DNA of 64,000 nt from Candidatus Hydrogenedentota bacterium (GTDB taxonomy: Bacteria; Hydrogenedentota; Hydrogenedentia; Hydrogenedentales; SLHB01), in contig CAVUWV010000009.1 in assembly GCA_963745075.1 (NCBI GenBank), positions 32,001 through 96,000 of the forward strand, given 5' to 3'. The position numbers were made by a program, and so were the translations under genes. The notes below the pieces were generated by a model, which did not search any database, was not told where the DNA came from, and was given only the letters and a program-made list of their open reading frames with translations. Of the stretch, positions 1 to 10,475 are shown piece by piece. How positions within the stretch are numbered: the first letter of the stretch is position 1; each line of letters starts with the position of its first letter.

Positions 1-181
1 CGACAAAAGCGCCGATAGTACCCAGGACCATCAGTGCGAATGCTGCGAGTGCAAACCCATTCCAGTGCTTTGAGAATATGAGTCCCAGCACCACGAGAAT
101 CGGCGCGACCAGCAGCAGGGCTATGGGGAAATGAACGACCAGCGGATGGAGACCGTCCCAACTAGGCAGTGGTGGTAGCAT
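1..181 (-). CDS. DUF2231-like membrane protein, 5' part (runs off the window start)
   Basis: Manual translation from ATG at 181 (SD AGGGAGG upstream) gives MLPPLPSWDGLHPLVVHFPIALLLVAPIL..., with the characteristic HP-xx-VHFPI motif and hydrophobic helices. Not in the ORF track. Confidence 0.75.
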   Translation of the reverse strand, partial: MLPPLPSWDGLHPLVVHFPIALLLVAPILVVLGLIFSKHWNGFALAAFALMVLGTIGAFV

Positions 182-224
182 CGCGACATCCTCCCTGGTT
201 TTGGTTTTCTGTAGTTTAGAGGTT

Positions 225-469
225 GCCGGCCACCGGAGGGGAATCGGTGGCCGGCGCAGGGTGTAGTCCGGAATTCTCACACGCACGACATACCTGCTGT
301 GTAACTTCTGTGGATACCGTGTCTTCCAACGATGATAAAGATTCCTCAACTTGACAGTGTGCGTGTGAGAATTCCTCAACAGTGAGCCTTCAAGTTTTCT
401 CGGGAGCATTTCTCACTGCCTTCTGGGACGCCGGTGTACCAAGCAAAGCCGTTCGGCGGTGAGAAATGC
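225..469. other. Intergenic region with three inverted repeats
   Basis: GCCGGCCACCG 225-235/245-255 (perfect); GGAATTCTCACACGCAC 270-286/359-375 (perfect, 17 bp); GCATTTCTCACTGCC 406-420/455-469 (1 mismatch). Confidence 0.8.
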
Positions 470-485
470 GGAGTAGGCTCAAGGA

Positions 486-1133
486 TCAGGTGACCTTGAC
501 GAACTTCTCTTGGGGAGAGAAGCAAGAGGGGCATTTTTCAAGGGACGGGTCCGTCGTCGTGTATCCGCAGACCGTGCAGACATAGAAAGTCTTGGCGTCG
601 CCCGTCCAGGTGTCCAGATTATCCAGCGCTTGCTGGTAAAGCTTGGCGTGTTCGGCTTCCGCCGTCTTGGCCAAGTTCAGGGTGCGCATGGCTTGCCGGT
701 TGCGGTCGGATTTCGCCACGTTCAGGAATTTGACGTACATGACGTCCCGCTCGTAGGTTTCGCCCGCGATCGCCGCCGCGAGGTTTTCCTTCGTCGATTT
801 CACGTCAGGCGTTTCGATCACCGCGGTGGCCGTGCCGCCCATGGCTTCGATGACCTTCTTGTGGTTTCTGGCGTGAACTTCTTCCGCCTTGGCGGCCGCG
901 CGGAACAGGCTCGCCACCGGGGCGTATCCTTCTTCGTCCGCCTTCTTGGCAAACGCGAGGTACCGAACATGCGCGTTGGATTCGCCATTGAACGCGGCCT
1001 GGAGATTCTCCAGCGTGGTCCCGACCTTAAGTTCCGGCGACGCCGCGAATACCAGGGGGCTCATCGCCAATCCAAGGACTGCGAGAACCGCCGCCGTCCA
1101 AACCGTGCGCTTTGAAAGAATGGAACAGTACAT
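486..1133 (-). CDS. rbr: Rubrerythrin with N-terminal signal-peptide-like extension
   Basis: T-ENLQAAFNGESNAHVRY, EEVHA, GETYE and EAEHA di-iron motifs; C-terminal rubredoxin-like CTVC...CPSC; ~30-aa N-terminal hydrophobic leader ending VFA; SD GGAGG upstream. Confidence 0.9.
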   Translation of the reverse strand: MYCSILSKRTVWTAAVLAVLGLAMSPLVFAASPELKVGTTLENLQAAFNGESNAHVRYLAFAKKADEEGYAPVASLFRAAAKAEEVHARNHKKVIEAMGGTATAVIETPDVKSTKENLAAAIAGETYERDVMYVKFLNVAKSDRNRQAMRTLNLAKTAEAEHAKLYQQALDNLDTWTGDAKTFYVCTVCGYTTTDPSLEKCPSCFSPQEKFVKVT

Positions 1134-1208
1134 ACGTTGAAACCTCCCAACTATCCATCACCACAGTTACCGACTCAGGTGCCGGTCAACGACCGACGGG
1201 AGGTAAAG

Positions 1209-1224
1209 AGCATGGGACGTGCCA
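1209..1224 (-). promoter_or_regulatory. Putative sigma54 (-24/-12) promoter for rubrerythrin
   Basis: Minus strand TGGCACG-TCCC-ATGCT versus consensus TGGCACG-N4-TTGCW, ~75 nt upstream of the start codon. Confidence 0.65.
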
Positions 1225-1375
1225 AGCGGGATGAATACGCCCGTTCTGCGCTGTAGCAAGTACTTACGAAAGATCCGTGGCACAGAATTATGGCCGCTGC
1301 ACGAGAATTTGAACGGTTGTGGCGTGCATCTGTTAGAGAATTCCAACGAATACACGTATCGCCATGACGTGACGA

Positions 1376-1403
1376 GGGGGAGTGCGCGATCGCGAACTCC
1401 CCC
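1376..1403 (-). terminator. Hairpin downstream of pspC (possible terminator)
   Basis: GGGGGAGT...ACTCCCCC stem with an internal CGCGATCGCG palindrome, ~40 nt after the pspC stop; no clear U-tract. Confidence 0.4.
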
Positions 1404-1441
1404 GGGATTTGTGTAGGTCTAACTGGCTTGACATCAGGAGG

Positions 1442-1825
1442 TTACTGCTCGTTCAGGCGGCGCTCCCAGTCGTAGTCGCGGGCGGTGACCATGGTTTCCA
1501 GGCGGCGGATGCGGCGTTCGAGGTTGTCGTAGGTCCGTTTAAGCCGGTGCAGCGCCATGGACCGCGAGTTCATGTACGATTCGTAGAATTCCTGATCGGT
1601 ATCTTCGCGGAATGGGATGACGGGCTCCGGTTTCAGGATCAGCGCCGCGATAATATATGCGCCGATCAGTGGCCAGATTCCGGTGAAGAGGGAGACAAAT
1701 ACCGTCAGTACGCGCATACCCACGACCGGAAAATCGAAGTACGCGGCCAACCCCTTGCATACGCCGAAGATCAGTCCCGACCGGGATCGATAGAGCCTCT
1801 TTCCACTTTGTTCACGTGGCGCCAT
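1442..1825 (-). CDS. pspC: Phage shock protein C
   Basis: RLYRS..LIFGVCKGLAAYFD PspC domain, TM helix, and C-terminal LERRIRRLETMVTARDYDW; strong SD AAGGAGG before ATG 1825. Confidence 0.92.
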   Translation of the reverse strand: MAPREQSGKRLYRSRSGLIFGVCKGLAAYFDFPVVGMRVLTVFVSLFTGIWPLIGAYIIAALILKPEPVIPFREDTDQEFYESYMNSRSMALHRLKRTYDNLERRIRRLETMVTARDYDWERRLNEQ

Positions 1826-1879
1826 ATCGGCTCCTCCTTTCCTTTCGTCTTGCATCAAACCTATGTTGCCAATGCCCGG

Positions 1880-2119
1880 TCAACTGACACCGCCGCTCTT
1901 GCGGTCCCGTTCCAGCAGCAAGGTTTCCAAGGCTTCCACCCGTTCTTCCATCTTGAGGAGGCCGTGATAGATATCCTGAATCAGCCGCGTTTCCTCCGCC
2001 TGCAATTCACGCCCAACTCTACGGGATCCGCCCCGCAGAATTAGCAACGCCGCGAGGAATATCGCACCCACTACGGCAACCAGGGGGATCATGAGCGCCA
2101 GTATCGCAGCTTCATCCAT
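1880..2119 (-). CDS. pspB: PspB-like protein (copy 2)
   Basis: 79 aa; N-terminal TM followed by IQDIYHGLLKMEERVEALETLL; SD AGGAG; lies between pspA and pspC. Confidence 0.8.
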   Translation of the reverse strand: MDEAAILALMIPLVAVVGAIFLAALLILRGGSRRVGRELQAEETRLIQDIYHGLLKMEERVEALETLLLERDRKSGGVS

Positions 2120-2162
2120 CGTTCGCTCCTTCGCTGTATCGATCGAAGACGGGCCGGTACAT

Positions 2163-2402
2163 TCAGTACGTCGAGCGGTCTTCTTCACGCTCCATGATAA
2201 TGGTTTCCAGGGCTTCCAGCCGTTCTTCCATCCGGGCGAGTCCCTGATGAATCTCCTGGATGACCCGGGCTTCGTCGGCATCCGATTCTTTCGGGCGATC
2301 TTTCATCATCCGCGAAGCGCCTGCCGCGAGACCGACGATACAAGCGACAATCGACGCCAGCAGGAGAAACATCACGACAAATAACAGTTCAAACCACGCC
2401 AT
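2163..2402 (-). CDS. pspB: PspB-like protein (copy 1)
   Basis: 79 aa; N-terminal TM followed by IQEIHQGLARMEERLEALETII; SD GGAGG. Confidence 0.8.
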   Translation of the reverse strand: MAWFELLFVVMFLLLASIVACIVGLAAGASRMMKDRPKESDADEARVIQEIHQGLARMEERLEALETIIMEREEDRSTY

Positions 2403-2424
2403 CACTATTCCCCTCCGGATCGGT

Positions 2425-2892
2425 CTACCGGATCGTCCATTCGCCGGGGCCCGTGGCCCGCGCACGTTTTCTCATTAACTTTCTCGCGCCGCGTTCGATG
2501 ACTTTCGGGTCCGGGTTGAAGGCGTTCGCCGCGTCGAATGCCAAGCCGATGCCCCATCCCAGCAAACAGAAATAGAACCAGCTTCCGCCGGATACCATGA
2601 TATCCAGCAGAAACAGAAAACCGTTCACAATCAGGTAGGCCCGAAGGTGATCGTAGAACTTGCGCTTACGACGCAGTTTCCATTCTTCGCACGCGGATTC
2701 ATATTCCCCCGTTGTACGCTGTTCGTTGATCGCACGCTCCAACTCCCCCGGCGCAATTCCGAGTTCCCGCGCGGTTTCCACGAGTTCCTCGTACGTGATC
2801 TCGCCCGAGTCTCGCTTCCGCCGGAGGGCACGCCGAAGAATAGATTCCACCTCCTCAACGGTGTACATCTCACCCGACTGCGTCTCTACCAT
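2425..2892 (-). CDS. 2TM-domain membrane protein
   Basis: N-terminal EEVESILRRAL...YEELVETARELGI helix and C-terminal FYDHLRAYLIVN...W...GWGIGLAF two-TM signature. Confidence 0.75.
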   Translation of the reverse strand: MVETQSGEMYTVEEVESILRRALRRKRDSGEITYEELVETARELGIAPGELERAINEQRTTGEYESACEEWKLRRKRKFYDHLRAYLIVNGFLFLLDIMVSGGSWFYFCLLGWGIGLAFDAANAFNPDPKVIERGARKLMRKRARATGPGEWTIR

Positions 2893-2959
2893 GTTCCGCC
2901 CCTTTCTCATCTACCGAGTCAGAATTTATCCGGGCGCTTGCGCGTGCAAGCGGAACTCT

Positions 2960-3634
2960 TTAGCTCGGGCGCTCCCCGGCGCTCTTCTTCGACTTCAGCG
3001 CATCGAGTTCCTTTTCGATCTCTTCGTCATCCGCCAGTTTCAGAAACTCTTCTTCGAGGGCGTTCTTCGCGCCGAAATTTACGAGATCGGCTTCCGCTTC
3101 CATTCGATCGATGCGTTGTTCGAACGACTCGAATCGCGCAATGGTGTCGGCCGTGTCGCTCCGGCGAATTTTCTCCTGGGCCTCCTTCTTGCGCGTCGCG
3201 TGAACGTGCCGCTGCACCATGACCCGTTGCTTTTCGCGCGCCAGGGCGAGCTTGTCCTCCAACTGCATTATATCAGACTGGTACTGTTCGACCAGCGTCT
3301 CGCATTGTGTGGATTCCTTTTCAATCGCTTCCCCGCGTTCGCGATACCGTTTCTTCTCGACGAGCGCTTCACGGGCCAGATCTTCCCGGCCTTTGTCGAC
3401 CGCAAGTTGGGCCTTGGCGCCCCAATCGGCCTCGCGCCTGCGCACTTCATCAAATTCGCGCTGAATCTTCTTCTTGGTCGCCATGGCGCCGGCGCAGGAG
3501 GCCTTCACCTCGACCAGTGTGTCTTCCATTTCCCGGATCATCAGCTTGACCAGTTTCTCCGGATCTTCCGCTTTGTCCAGCATCGCGTTGATGTTGGAAC
3601 TGATGATATCCCGAACCCGTGTAAAAATACCCAT
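2960..3634 (-). CDS. pspA: Phage shock protein A
   Basis: MGIFTRVRDIISSNINAMLDKAEDPEKLVKLMIREMEDTLVEV, GREDLAREAL and FEQRIDRMEAEA; classic PspA. Confidence 0.97.
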   Translation of the reverse strand: MGIFTRVRDIISSNINAMLDKAEDPEKLVKLMIREMEDTLVEVKASCAGAMATKKKIQREFDEVRRREADWGAKAQLAVDKGREDLAREALVEKKRYRERGEAIEKESTQCETLVEQYQSDIMQLEDKLALAREKQRVMVQRHVHATRKKEAQEKIRRSDTADTIARFESFEQRIDRMEAEADLVNFGAKNALEEEFLKLADDEEIEKELDALKSKKSAGERPS

Positions 3635-3674
3635 GAATCAATCCTCCAAGTCGTGCGATGCCGCGCCGTTTCGC

Positions 3675-4169
3675 TCAGGAAACCGGCGAAGTACTCCCAA
3701 GTTGTCGAAACATTACCGCCGGCCTGCCAGGATCGGACGGTTCATTCTGCCACGCCACCGGGCCGTCTTCGGTTATGTGTTTTGGTGCGTGATGACGCTT
3801 GCCGTGCAAATCACCCGAGATTATCAACGCATGATGTACAAGCTGTGACACTCTCGATATGGACTCGATTTCGTCGTGCAGGATGCGCAGCCCCGCCGTA
3901 AATTGCGATGTTCCAAACTCCGGTTCGCACCAGACGATACGGCCCTCGAGTTGGTGCGCTCCGGAATCGCCGGCACTCTCGGGGAGATGGAACAAGATGG
4001 ACGTGCCGGGACGAAGGTATCGTCCCATCCGTAGGCGCATGCCGCCACGACCTACATCGAGAACCACCGCGTTTCCATGTTGAAGCGCTCCGTAGCTGTA
4101 GCGCATTTGCATGGGATAGGGCACTCGCACGAAGCGACGAAGGTTGCGAAGAGCGGTTGTGGCGCACAT
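3675..4169 (-). CDS. PilZ-domain protein
   Basis: RRFVR (RxxxR) and DVGRGG (D/NxSxxG-like) c-di-GMP motifs; GRIVW...AGLRI beta-barrel pattern; SD AAAGGA. Confidence 0.75.
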   Translation of the reverse strand: MCATTALRNLRRFVRVPYPMQMRYSYGALQHGNAVVLDVGRGGMRLRMGRYLRPGTSILFHLPESAGDSGAHQLEGRIVWCEPEFGTSQFTAGLRILHDEIESISRVSQLVHHALIISGDLHGKRHHAPKHITEDGPVAWQNEPSDPGRPAVMFRQLGSTSPVS

Positions 4170-4223
4170 GATGTCGAGTTCCTTTGAGCCGTTTATTCCG
4201 GAGAATCCCTACACGGAGGGATG

Positions 4224-4239
4224 AGCAATCGATGTGCCA
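4224..4239 (-). promoter_or_regulatory. Sigma54 promoter of the PilZ-psp operon
   Basis: Minus strand TGGCACA-TCGA-TTGCT, near-consensus -24/-12; psp operons are canonically sigma54/PspF-driven. Confidence 0.8.
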
Positions 4240-4316
4240 ACCGGTGTTTTATGTGTAACTTTGTTCCACAAATTGGCTTATCGTGGATACGTGTGCCTGA
4301 GGCTTGAGTTTTGGGT

Positions 4317-4371
4317 TGAGCGCCAAGACCAATCGATGGCGGCAGCGACCTCGTGGTGGCGATCCTGACCA
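4317..4371. promoter_or_regulatory. Putative enhancer-binding-protein UAS (PspF-like)
   Basis: Three 15-mers at 20-bp spacing: TGAGCGCCAAGACCA, TGGCGGCAGCGACCT, TGGCGATCCTGACCA; 80-130 bp upstream of the sigma54 site. Confidence 0.45.
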
Positions 4372-4579
4372 CCCAGGTTTGAAGGAAGTCTGACCGGCAT
4401 GACCCCGCAAATTCCGCTGTAAGTCCAATGGAATCGTGCTATAGTGGAGCCCCGGGTTGGTATGAGGGTTCGGGAAACGATTCAGGATCGCGAAGGGAGG
4501 GGCGCCTTTCGCGAACGGTGGGTAAGAAGGCCCGGAGCTATGTGGGTGTGGGCACGACTTGGTGGAGTGGGAGTCTAAT

Positions 4580-6608
4580 ATGTCTTGTGCCGGGTACTTG
4601 CGTAGATTCGCGACCGCGCTGGTGGTTTGCGCCTGCTGGACCGCAATGAGTTACGCCAGCGACGATCGGCCCGGAACATCGGCAAACGAAAAGCCCCGGG
4701 ATTTAACGGAATTGAGTCTAGAAGACCTCATGAACGTCGAGGTAACCAGTGTCTCGAAAAAGGCGGAGCCCAAGAACGCCGCGCCGGCCGCGATCTATGT
4801 CTTGACCGCGGAAGACATTCACCGTTCCGGGGCCACCACCTTGCCGGAACTGCTTCGAACGGTCCCCGGTGTGCACGTCGCAAAGCTCAACGCCAACACG
4901 TGGTCGGTTACAATTCGCGGTTTTAGTGGACAATACTCCAACAAGCTGCTTGTGCTGATAGATGGTCGATCCGTATATACGCCGTCGTTCTCGGGTGTGT
5001 TTTGGGAGAGCCTCGACATCATGCTGGAGGACATCGAACGTATCGAAGTCATTCGGGGCCCCGGGGGCACACTATGGGGCGCGAATGCGGTCAACGGCGT
5101 CATCAATATCATGACGAAGAAGGCCAAAGACACGCCGGGGGGGCTCCTTTCATTGGGCGGCGGCACGGAGGACCAGGCGTTTGGGGGGCTCGGCTACGGC
5201 GGCCGCATTGGCGACAACAGCTATTATCGTTTCTATCTGGGACACGCCGATTACGATGATGGCGATTTTCGGTCCGGCAAACCGTCAAACGACGATTGGG
5301 ATGCGACGTTCGGCGGGTTTCGCGTGGACCTTCAGCCCGATGACTCCGAGTCGTTCTCGATCCTGGGTCACCTTTCCGAAAACGACACGGGAGAAACTCA
5401 GAAGAATCCGATACGGTTGTTTCCATACACTTCCCGGACCTCAAGTCCGGAGACTTTGGAACGGCGCAGTTTGCTTGCACGGTGGACCCGCGAGATTGAC
5501 GCTGACTCCCGGCTCCAAATTCAAGCGTACTACGATTTCTTTGAATCCGACGCACCGAACATCCGATTGCGTGAGCACACCTTCGACCTCGACATTCAGC
5601 ACCAATTTAAGCTGGGAAACCGGCAAGATATTGTATGGGGTACCGGCTTTCGATACGTGAGCGATACGGCCGCCGGTAGCCCCTTCCTCTCGTTCGATCC
5701 CGATGAGCGGCGGCTCCGTATTTTCAATGCGTATCTGCAAGACGAAATTACGCTGGTCGATGACGTTCCTGAATCTCACGCTCGGCACGAAACTCGAATA
5801 CAACGACTACACCGGCGTCGAAATTCAGCCCAACGCAAGGCTCATCTGGTCTCCAAACAAACGGCATACCGTCTGGGCCGCCGTTTCGCGCGCCGTCAGG
5901 AGTCCGTCCCGTTCCGAACTCGACCTTCGTCTCGAAAGCCTCGACAGACGGCGCCTGGTAGTCGCCCTGTACGGCAACGACGATTTCGAATCCGAAGACT
6001 TGCTCGCCTTCGAGACCGGGTATCGCATCGAACTGTCAGCGTCGGCAGCGTTGGACGTCTCACTTTTCTACAATCTTTACAACAACCTCAGGACAACGGA
6101 GTTTCGGCGCCCGTTCATCGAGATCGATCCGCTCCCGCCTCATGTGGCCGTTCCGATCGTCGTGGACAACAATATGGACGGTTCCACGTATGGGTTTGAA
6201 GTTGCCATGGAGTGGAATCCACAATCTTGGTGGCGTATTCGTGCAGGGTATTCCTTTCTGGAAATGGATTTGTCGCCAAATCCCAAAACCATCGATATCC
6301 TGTCAAGTACCGTCGAAGACGAAACCCCAGAGCAACAGGCGTTCATGCAAGTTAGTTTCGACTTGGCTCAGCGTGTGGAACTCGACACGACCCTGCGCTA
6401 TGTTGACACCGTGCCCGCCTTCGGGGTGGACGACTATCTCACCGCGGACATTCGCCTTGCCTGGTCGCCCAGGGAGGACTTGGAGTTTTCCCTCGTGGGG
6501 CAGAACCTGTTCGAAGAATCTCATCTTGAATATGCGCCAAGCTTTATCAATCTAGTGCCCACCGAAGTCGAACGAGGTGTTTATGGGAAGGTTACATGGC
6601 GCTTCTGA
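4580..6608 (+). CDS. TonB-dependent receptor (one +1 frameshift near 5762-5768)
   Basis: Signal peptide, DLTELSLEDLMNVEVTSVSKK, plug motif IERIEVIRGPGGTLWGANAVNGVINI and C-terminal VTWRF. The two ORFs join if one base is removed at GACGTTC. Confidence 0.9.
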
Positions 6609-7237
6609 ACTACAGGCGGGGAACCCGAACCCCGTACCGACGTATTGATGGCTCGCGCGCCGCGCGGGGACTGGCGATCCTCCTGTGCGTCATGTCCCTG
6701 CCGCTTCTTCAAGTCCGAATCTGTCACGCGGGCGCCGACGCCCCATCGGAATATGAAGTGAAGGCCGCCTTCCTCTATAAGTTCATCAGCTTTGTCGAGT
6801 GGCCCGACGAATCGTTTCCCGAAGATGAGACCCCGATTCAAATCGGAATCCTTGGCGATGACCCCTTTGGCGCGATCCTGGACCGGATGGTCAAAGACAA
6901 GTCAATCAATCACCGCAGGCTACGAGTCAAACGATCCAACGATCCTTCCGAACTGACCGATTGTCATATCGTCTTCATCGCCAAATCCGACGCGGACAAC
7001 ATCAAGACGCTGGCGCCGAACTTCCACAACCGGCACGTTCTGACCGTCGGCGATTCGCCTGGTTTCGCAGAACGGGGCGGCATCATCAATCTGATCGAGC
7101 AGGATGGCAAGGTCCGGTTCGAGATTAACCCCGAGGCGGCGAAACGGGCACACCTCCACATTAGCTCCCAGCTCCTCGCTCTCGCCAAAGTCGTCGAAAC
7201 GAAACGAGATGAAGACCGTGAAAAAAAACCTGCTTAG
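6596..7237 (+). CDS. yfiR: YfiR family (DUF4154) periplasmic protein; start uncertain
   Basis: EYEVKAAFLYKFISFVEWP, GDDPFG, CHIVFI, VLTVGD and KVRFEIN...LHISSQLLALA. Confidence 0.9.
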   Translation: MALLNYRRGTRTPYRRIDGSRAARGLAILLCVMSLPLLQVRICHAGADAPSEYEVKAAFLYKFISFVEWPDESFPEDETPIQIGILGDDPFGAILDRMVKDKSINHRRLRVKRSNDPSELTDCHIVFIAKSDADNIKTLAPNFHNRHVLTVGDSPGFAERGGIINLIEQDGKVRFEINPEAAKRAHLHISSQLLALAKVVETKRDEDREKKPA

Positions 7238-10200
7238 GGATCTTTCCATCGGAAAGAAACTGACCCTCCTGGTGATGATTCCCAGTGCTGCAGCGCTTTT
7301 GCTCGCCACAGCCGCCCTGATCGCATGGGATCTGTTCTCCTTCTGGAGTTCCATGGAGGCCGACCTGCGTTCTACTGCGTCCGTCATCGGTAACAACAGT
7401 GCCGCCGCTTTGATGTTCGACGCTCCTCAAGAGGCCGAGGACATCATGTCGGCCATGTCCGCAATCGAGGATGTGGAATTCGGCTATCTCTTCACGGAAT
7501 CCGGGCGGCTCTTTGCACGCTGGAGCGCGCACCCGGACACCGACCATTACGCGCCTATCAAGATACCGAAGAAATCCGTTACGCATGACACAAGACAGAT
7601 CATCGTCGTGCACCCAATCGAGCGGGACGGCAACCCCATCGGCACTTTCGTGCTGGTTTCGAACCTGGACCGATTCTGGCAGCGCGTATACCGGCACGCC
7701 CTGGTTTTCTCAATCGCGATCGCAGCCGCGCTGATCTTGGCGCTCGGTCTGGAAACGCGTTTGCGACGGTTAATAACGGAGCCCATCTTTCATTTGGCCG
7801 ATATCGCCGAGCGTTTGTCCAGGGAGAAGGACTATTCGATCCGTGCGCGCACGTTTGGCCGGGACGAGATCGGCCTATTGATCGAGCAGTTCAACGCGAT
7901 GCTCGAGCGCGTCGAGGCCCGGGACGCATCGCTGCAGCAAGCCCAGGCCGAACTGGAAACTCGCGTCTTTGAACGTACCAAGGCCCTTCAACAGGAAATC
8001 GTCGACCGGGAACGGGCACAGAAAGCCCTTCGCGACAGCGAAGCGCGACTACGAGGCGTGTTGGAAGATCAGACGGAGTTCGTTCATCGCATGAAGCCGG
8101 ATGGCACGATCACGTACGCGAATGGCGCGTACGCGCGATTCTGGAATTCACTTCCGGAAGATCTAGTCGGACAAAACCTCATGGAGATGATTCCCGTACC
8201 GGATAGCACCCGCCTCTCCCGGGATCTTGCTCGAATGACGGCCGACAATCCGATGCAAACGCAGCGGATCCCCATCGCCCGGACCGACGAAGAACCCCGG
8301 TGGTACGAATGGACCATTCGTGGCTTTTTCGATGAGTCGGATCGCGCGGTCGAATTTCAGTCCGTCGGTCGCGACATCACCGATCGTAAGCGCGCTGAAG
8401 ATGCCGTGGTTCGCGCAATGCAAGAAGCGGAACAGGCCAATTCGCAGCTTCAGGACGCCATCGCGCGAGCGAACCAGATGGCGCAGGAGGCCGAAATCGC
8501 CAACGCCGCAAAGAGCGAATTTCTCGCCAACATGAGCCACGAGATTCGGACCCCCATGAACGGGATCATTGGAATGACGGGCCTGCTGCTGGATACCGAA
8601 CTGGATGATGTACAGCGGGATTACGCGGAAAGCGTCCGAGAATCCTCGAACGCCCTCTTGTCGATCATCAACGACATCCTGGACTTCTCCAAAATCGAAG
8701 CGGGCCGGCTCGAGCTCGAAATCATCGACTTCGATCTCCGCGTGGCCTTGGAGGACGTGTTGGACCTCCTCGCGCTCCGTGCCCACGAAAAAGGATTGGA
8801 AATCGCCTCACTCGCCGAACCCGACGTCCCTTCCCTGGTGCGAGGCGATCCGGGCCGGTTACGACAGATTCTAATCAACCTCGTGTCGAACGCCATCAAG
8901 TTCACCGAGGAAGGCGAAGTCGTCGTCCATGTTTCCCTCGCCGAGGAGTACGAAAATGAAATCATCGCGCGCTTCGAAGTCAGAGATACGGGCATCGGCA
9001 TCCCTGGGGATCGGCTGGATCGACTCTTTAAGTCCTTCTCGCAAGTCGACGGGTCCACGACGCGGAAGTTTGGCGGCACGGGGCTGGGGTTGGCGATATC
9101 GAAACGTCTCGTGCATTTGATGGATGGTGAAATCGGCGTGGAAAGCGAGGAAGGCAACGGTTCCACGTTTTGGTTTAACTGCCGGTTTGCCCTGCAGTCC
9201 GGCGGCGATTCTCAAGACACTTTCTTAGCGGAAAGCCTGGAAGGGAAACACATCCTCATCGTCGACGACAACCAGACGAATCGTTCGGTGCTTGGCCAGC
9301 AATTACTGCAGTTCGGGTGCCGCAGCAGCGAAGCGGCAGGGGGGCCGGCCGCTTTGGAATCCATTCGCCAGGCGAAGCGTGCGGGCGATCGATTCGATCT
9401 GGTCATCGTGGACTCCCGCATGCCGGGGATGGACGGACAGGGCCTTGCCCGCGCCATCCACAAGGATGACGCCTGCGACGACCCCCTGTTGGTCCTGTTG
9501 ACCTCGAGCGGCAGACGAGGGGACGCCGTCCAGTACCATGAACTCGGATTCGTCGCCTATCTGACTAAACCCGTCAAGCGCTCCCAACTATTCGATTGCC
9601 TCAGCGCGGCTCTCGGGACCCGGAAATGGGTCAAGAAGGGTAAACCGCTCCCGCTGTTGACTCGCCACTCCGTAAGCGAGCAGAAAAGACACGCCCGCCG
9701 CATTCTTGTCGCCGAGGACAATCAAGTGAATCAGAAGGTGGCACGGCGGATTATCGAGAAACTCGGCTATAGCGCCGACACGGTCGCGAACGGGCGTGAA
9801 GCCGTCTCGGCGATCCAGCAGATCCCCTACGATTTGGTTCTCATGGACGGTCAAATGCCCGAAATGGACGGCGTCGAAGCAACCCGTGCCATCCGAGCGT
9901 TGGAGGACGGCACCGGACGCCATACGCCGATAGTCGCCCTCACCGCCCACGCCATGGAGGGGGATCGCGAGCGGTATCTCCACGCCGGCATGGACGACTA
10001 TCTTGCAAAACCCTTGGAGCCGTCCGAACTGGCCAAAATGATAGAATATCATCTCAACAAAAAAATCATGGGTGCACCGCACGAAGCGCGTCTTTGTAAG
10101 AGGACGCGCAAGCCCGTATTCAACCAGAGGGCGTTACTCGCGCGTTTGGACAACGATATCGAATTGGCGGAAGAACTGGTCCAGGTCTTCCTGGCCGATA

Positions 10201-10439
10201 GCGAAGAGCAGACGCTTCGAATTCGCGAAGCGTTTGCCGCTCGCGATGGGGTGAAGCTGGAACGACACGCGCACACCCTGAAAGGATCCGCGTCCAACCT
10301 CGAAGCCGGAGATATCGCGGATATCTCCAAATCGTTGCAGTCATTTGCCTCGGCCGGTGATTGGGATTCGGCGGCGGTTTGCATCGGTGACCTGGAACAA
10401 GCCTTTCAACGATTTAAGTCGGCCGTCGCCGTTTCGTAG
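7209..10439 (+). CDS. Hybrid sensor histidine kinase (periplasmic CHASE8-like sensor-HAMP-PAS-HisKA-HATPase-REC-REC-Hpt)
   Basis: Two TMs, HAMP DEIGLL, PAS ...[29 protein letters not shown], two receiver domains (VDDN, AEDN) and Hpt AHTLKGS. Confidence 0.95.
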   Translation: MKTVKKNLLRDLSIGKKLTLLVMIPSAAALLLATAALIAWDLFSFWSSMEADLRSTASVIGNNSAAALMFDAPQEAEDIMSAMSAIEDVEFGYLFTESGRLFARWSAHPDTDHYAPIKIPKKSVTHDTRQIIVVHPIERDGNPIGTFVLVSNLDRFWQRVYRHALVFSIAIAAALILALGLETRLRRLITEPIFHLADIAERLSREKDYSIRARTFGRDEIGLLIEQFNAMLERVEARDASLQQAQAELETRVFERTKALQQEIVDRERAQKALRDSEARLRGVLEDQTEFVHRMKPDGTITYANGAYARFWNSLPEDLVGQNLMEMIPVPDSTRLSRDLARMTADNPMQTQRIPIARTDEEPRWYEWTIRGFFDESDRAVEFQSVGRDITDRKRAEDAVVRAMQEAEQANSQLQDAIARANQMAQEAEIANAAKSEFLANMSHEIRTPMNGIIGMTGLLLDTELDDVQRDYAESVRESSNALLSIINDILDFSKIEAGRLELEIIDFDLRVALEDVLDLLALRAHEKGLEIASLAEPDVPSLVRGDPGRLRQILINLVSNAIKFTEEGEVVVHVSLAEEYENEIIARFEVRDTGIGIPGDRLDRLFKSFSQVDGSTTRKFGGTGLGLAISKRLVHLMDGEIGVESEEGNGSTFWFNCRFALQSGGDSQDTFLAESLEGKHILIVDDNQTNRSVLGQQLLQFGCRSSEAAGGPAALESIRQAKRAGDRFDLVIVDSRMPGMDGQGLARAIHKDDACDDPLLVLLTSSGRRGDAVQYHELGFVAYLTKPVKRSQLFDCLSAALGTRKWVKKGKPLPLLTRHSVSEQKRHARRILVAEDNQVNQKVARRIIEKLGYSADTVANGREAVSAIQQIPYDLVLMDGQMPEMDGVEATRAIRALEDGTGRHTPIVALTAHAMEGDRERYLHAGMDDYLAKPLEPSELAKMIEYHLNKKIMGAPHEARLCKRTRKPVFNQRALLARLDNDIELAEELVQVFLADSEEQTLRIREAFAARDGVKLERHAHTLKGSASNLEAGDIADISKSLQSFASAGDWDSAAVCIGDLEQAFQRFKSAVAVS

Positions 10440-10475
10440 GATTGGCGAGTACCTTCAATACGCGGTGGAAAGCTC

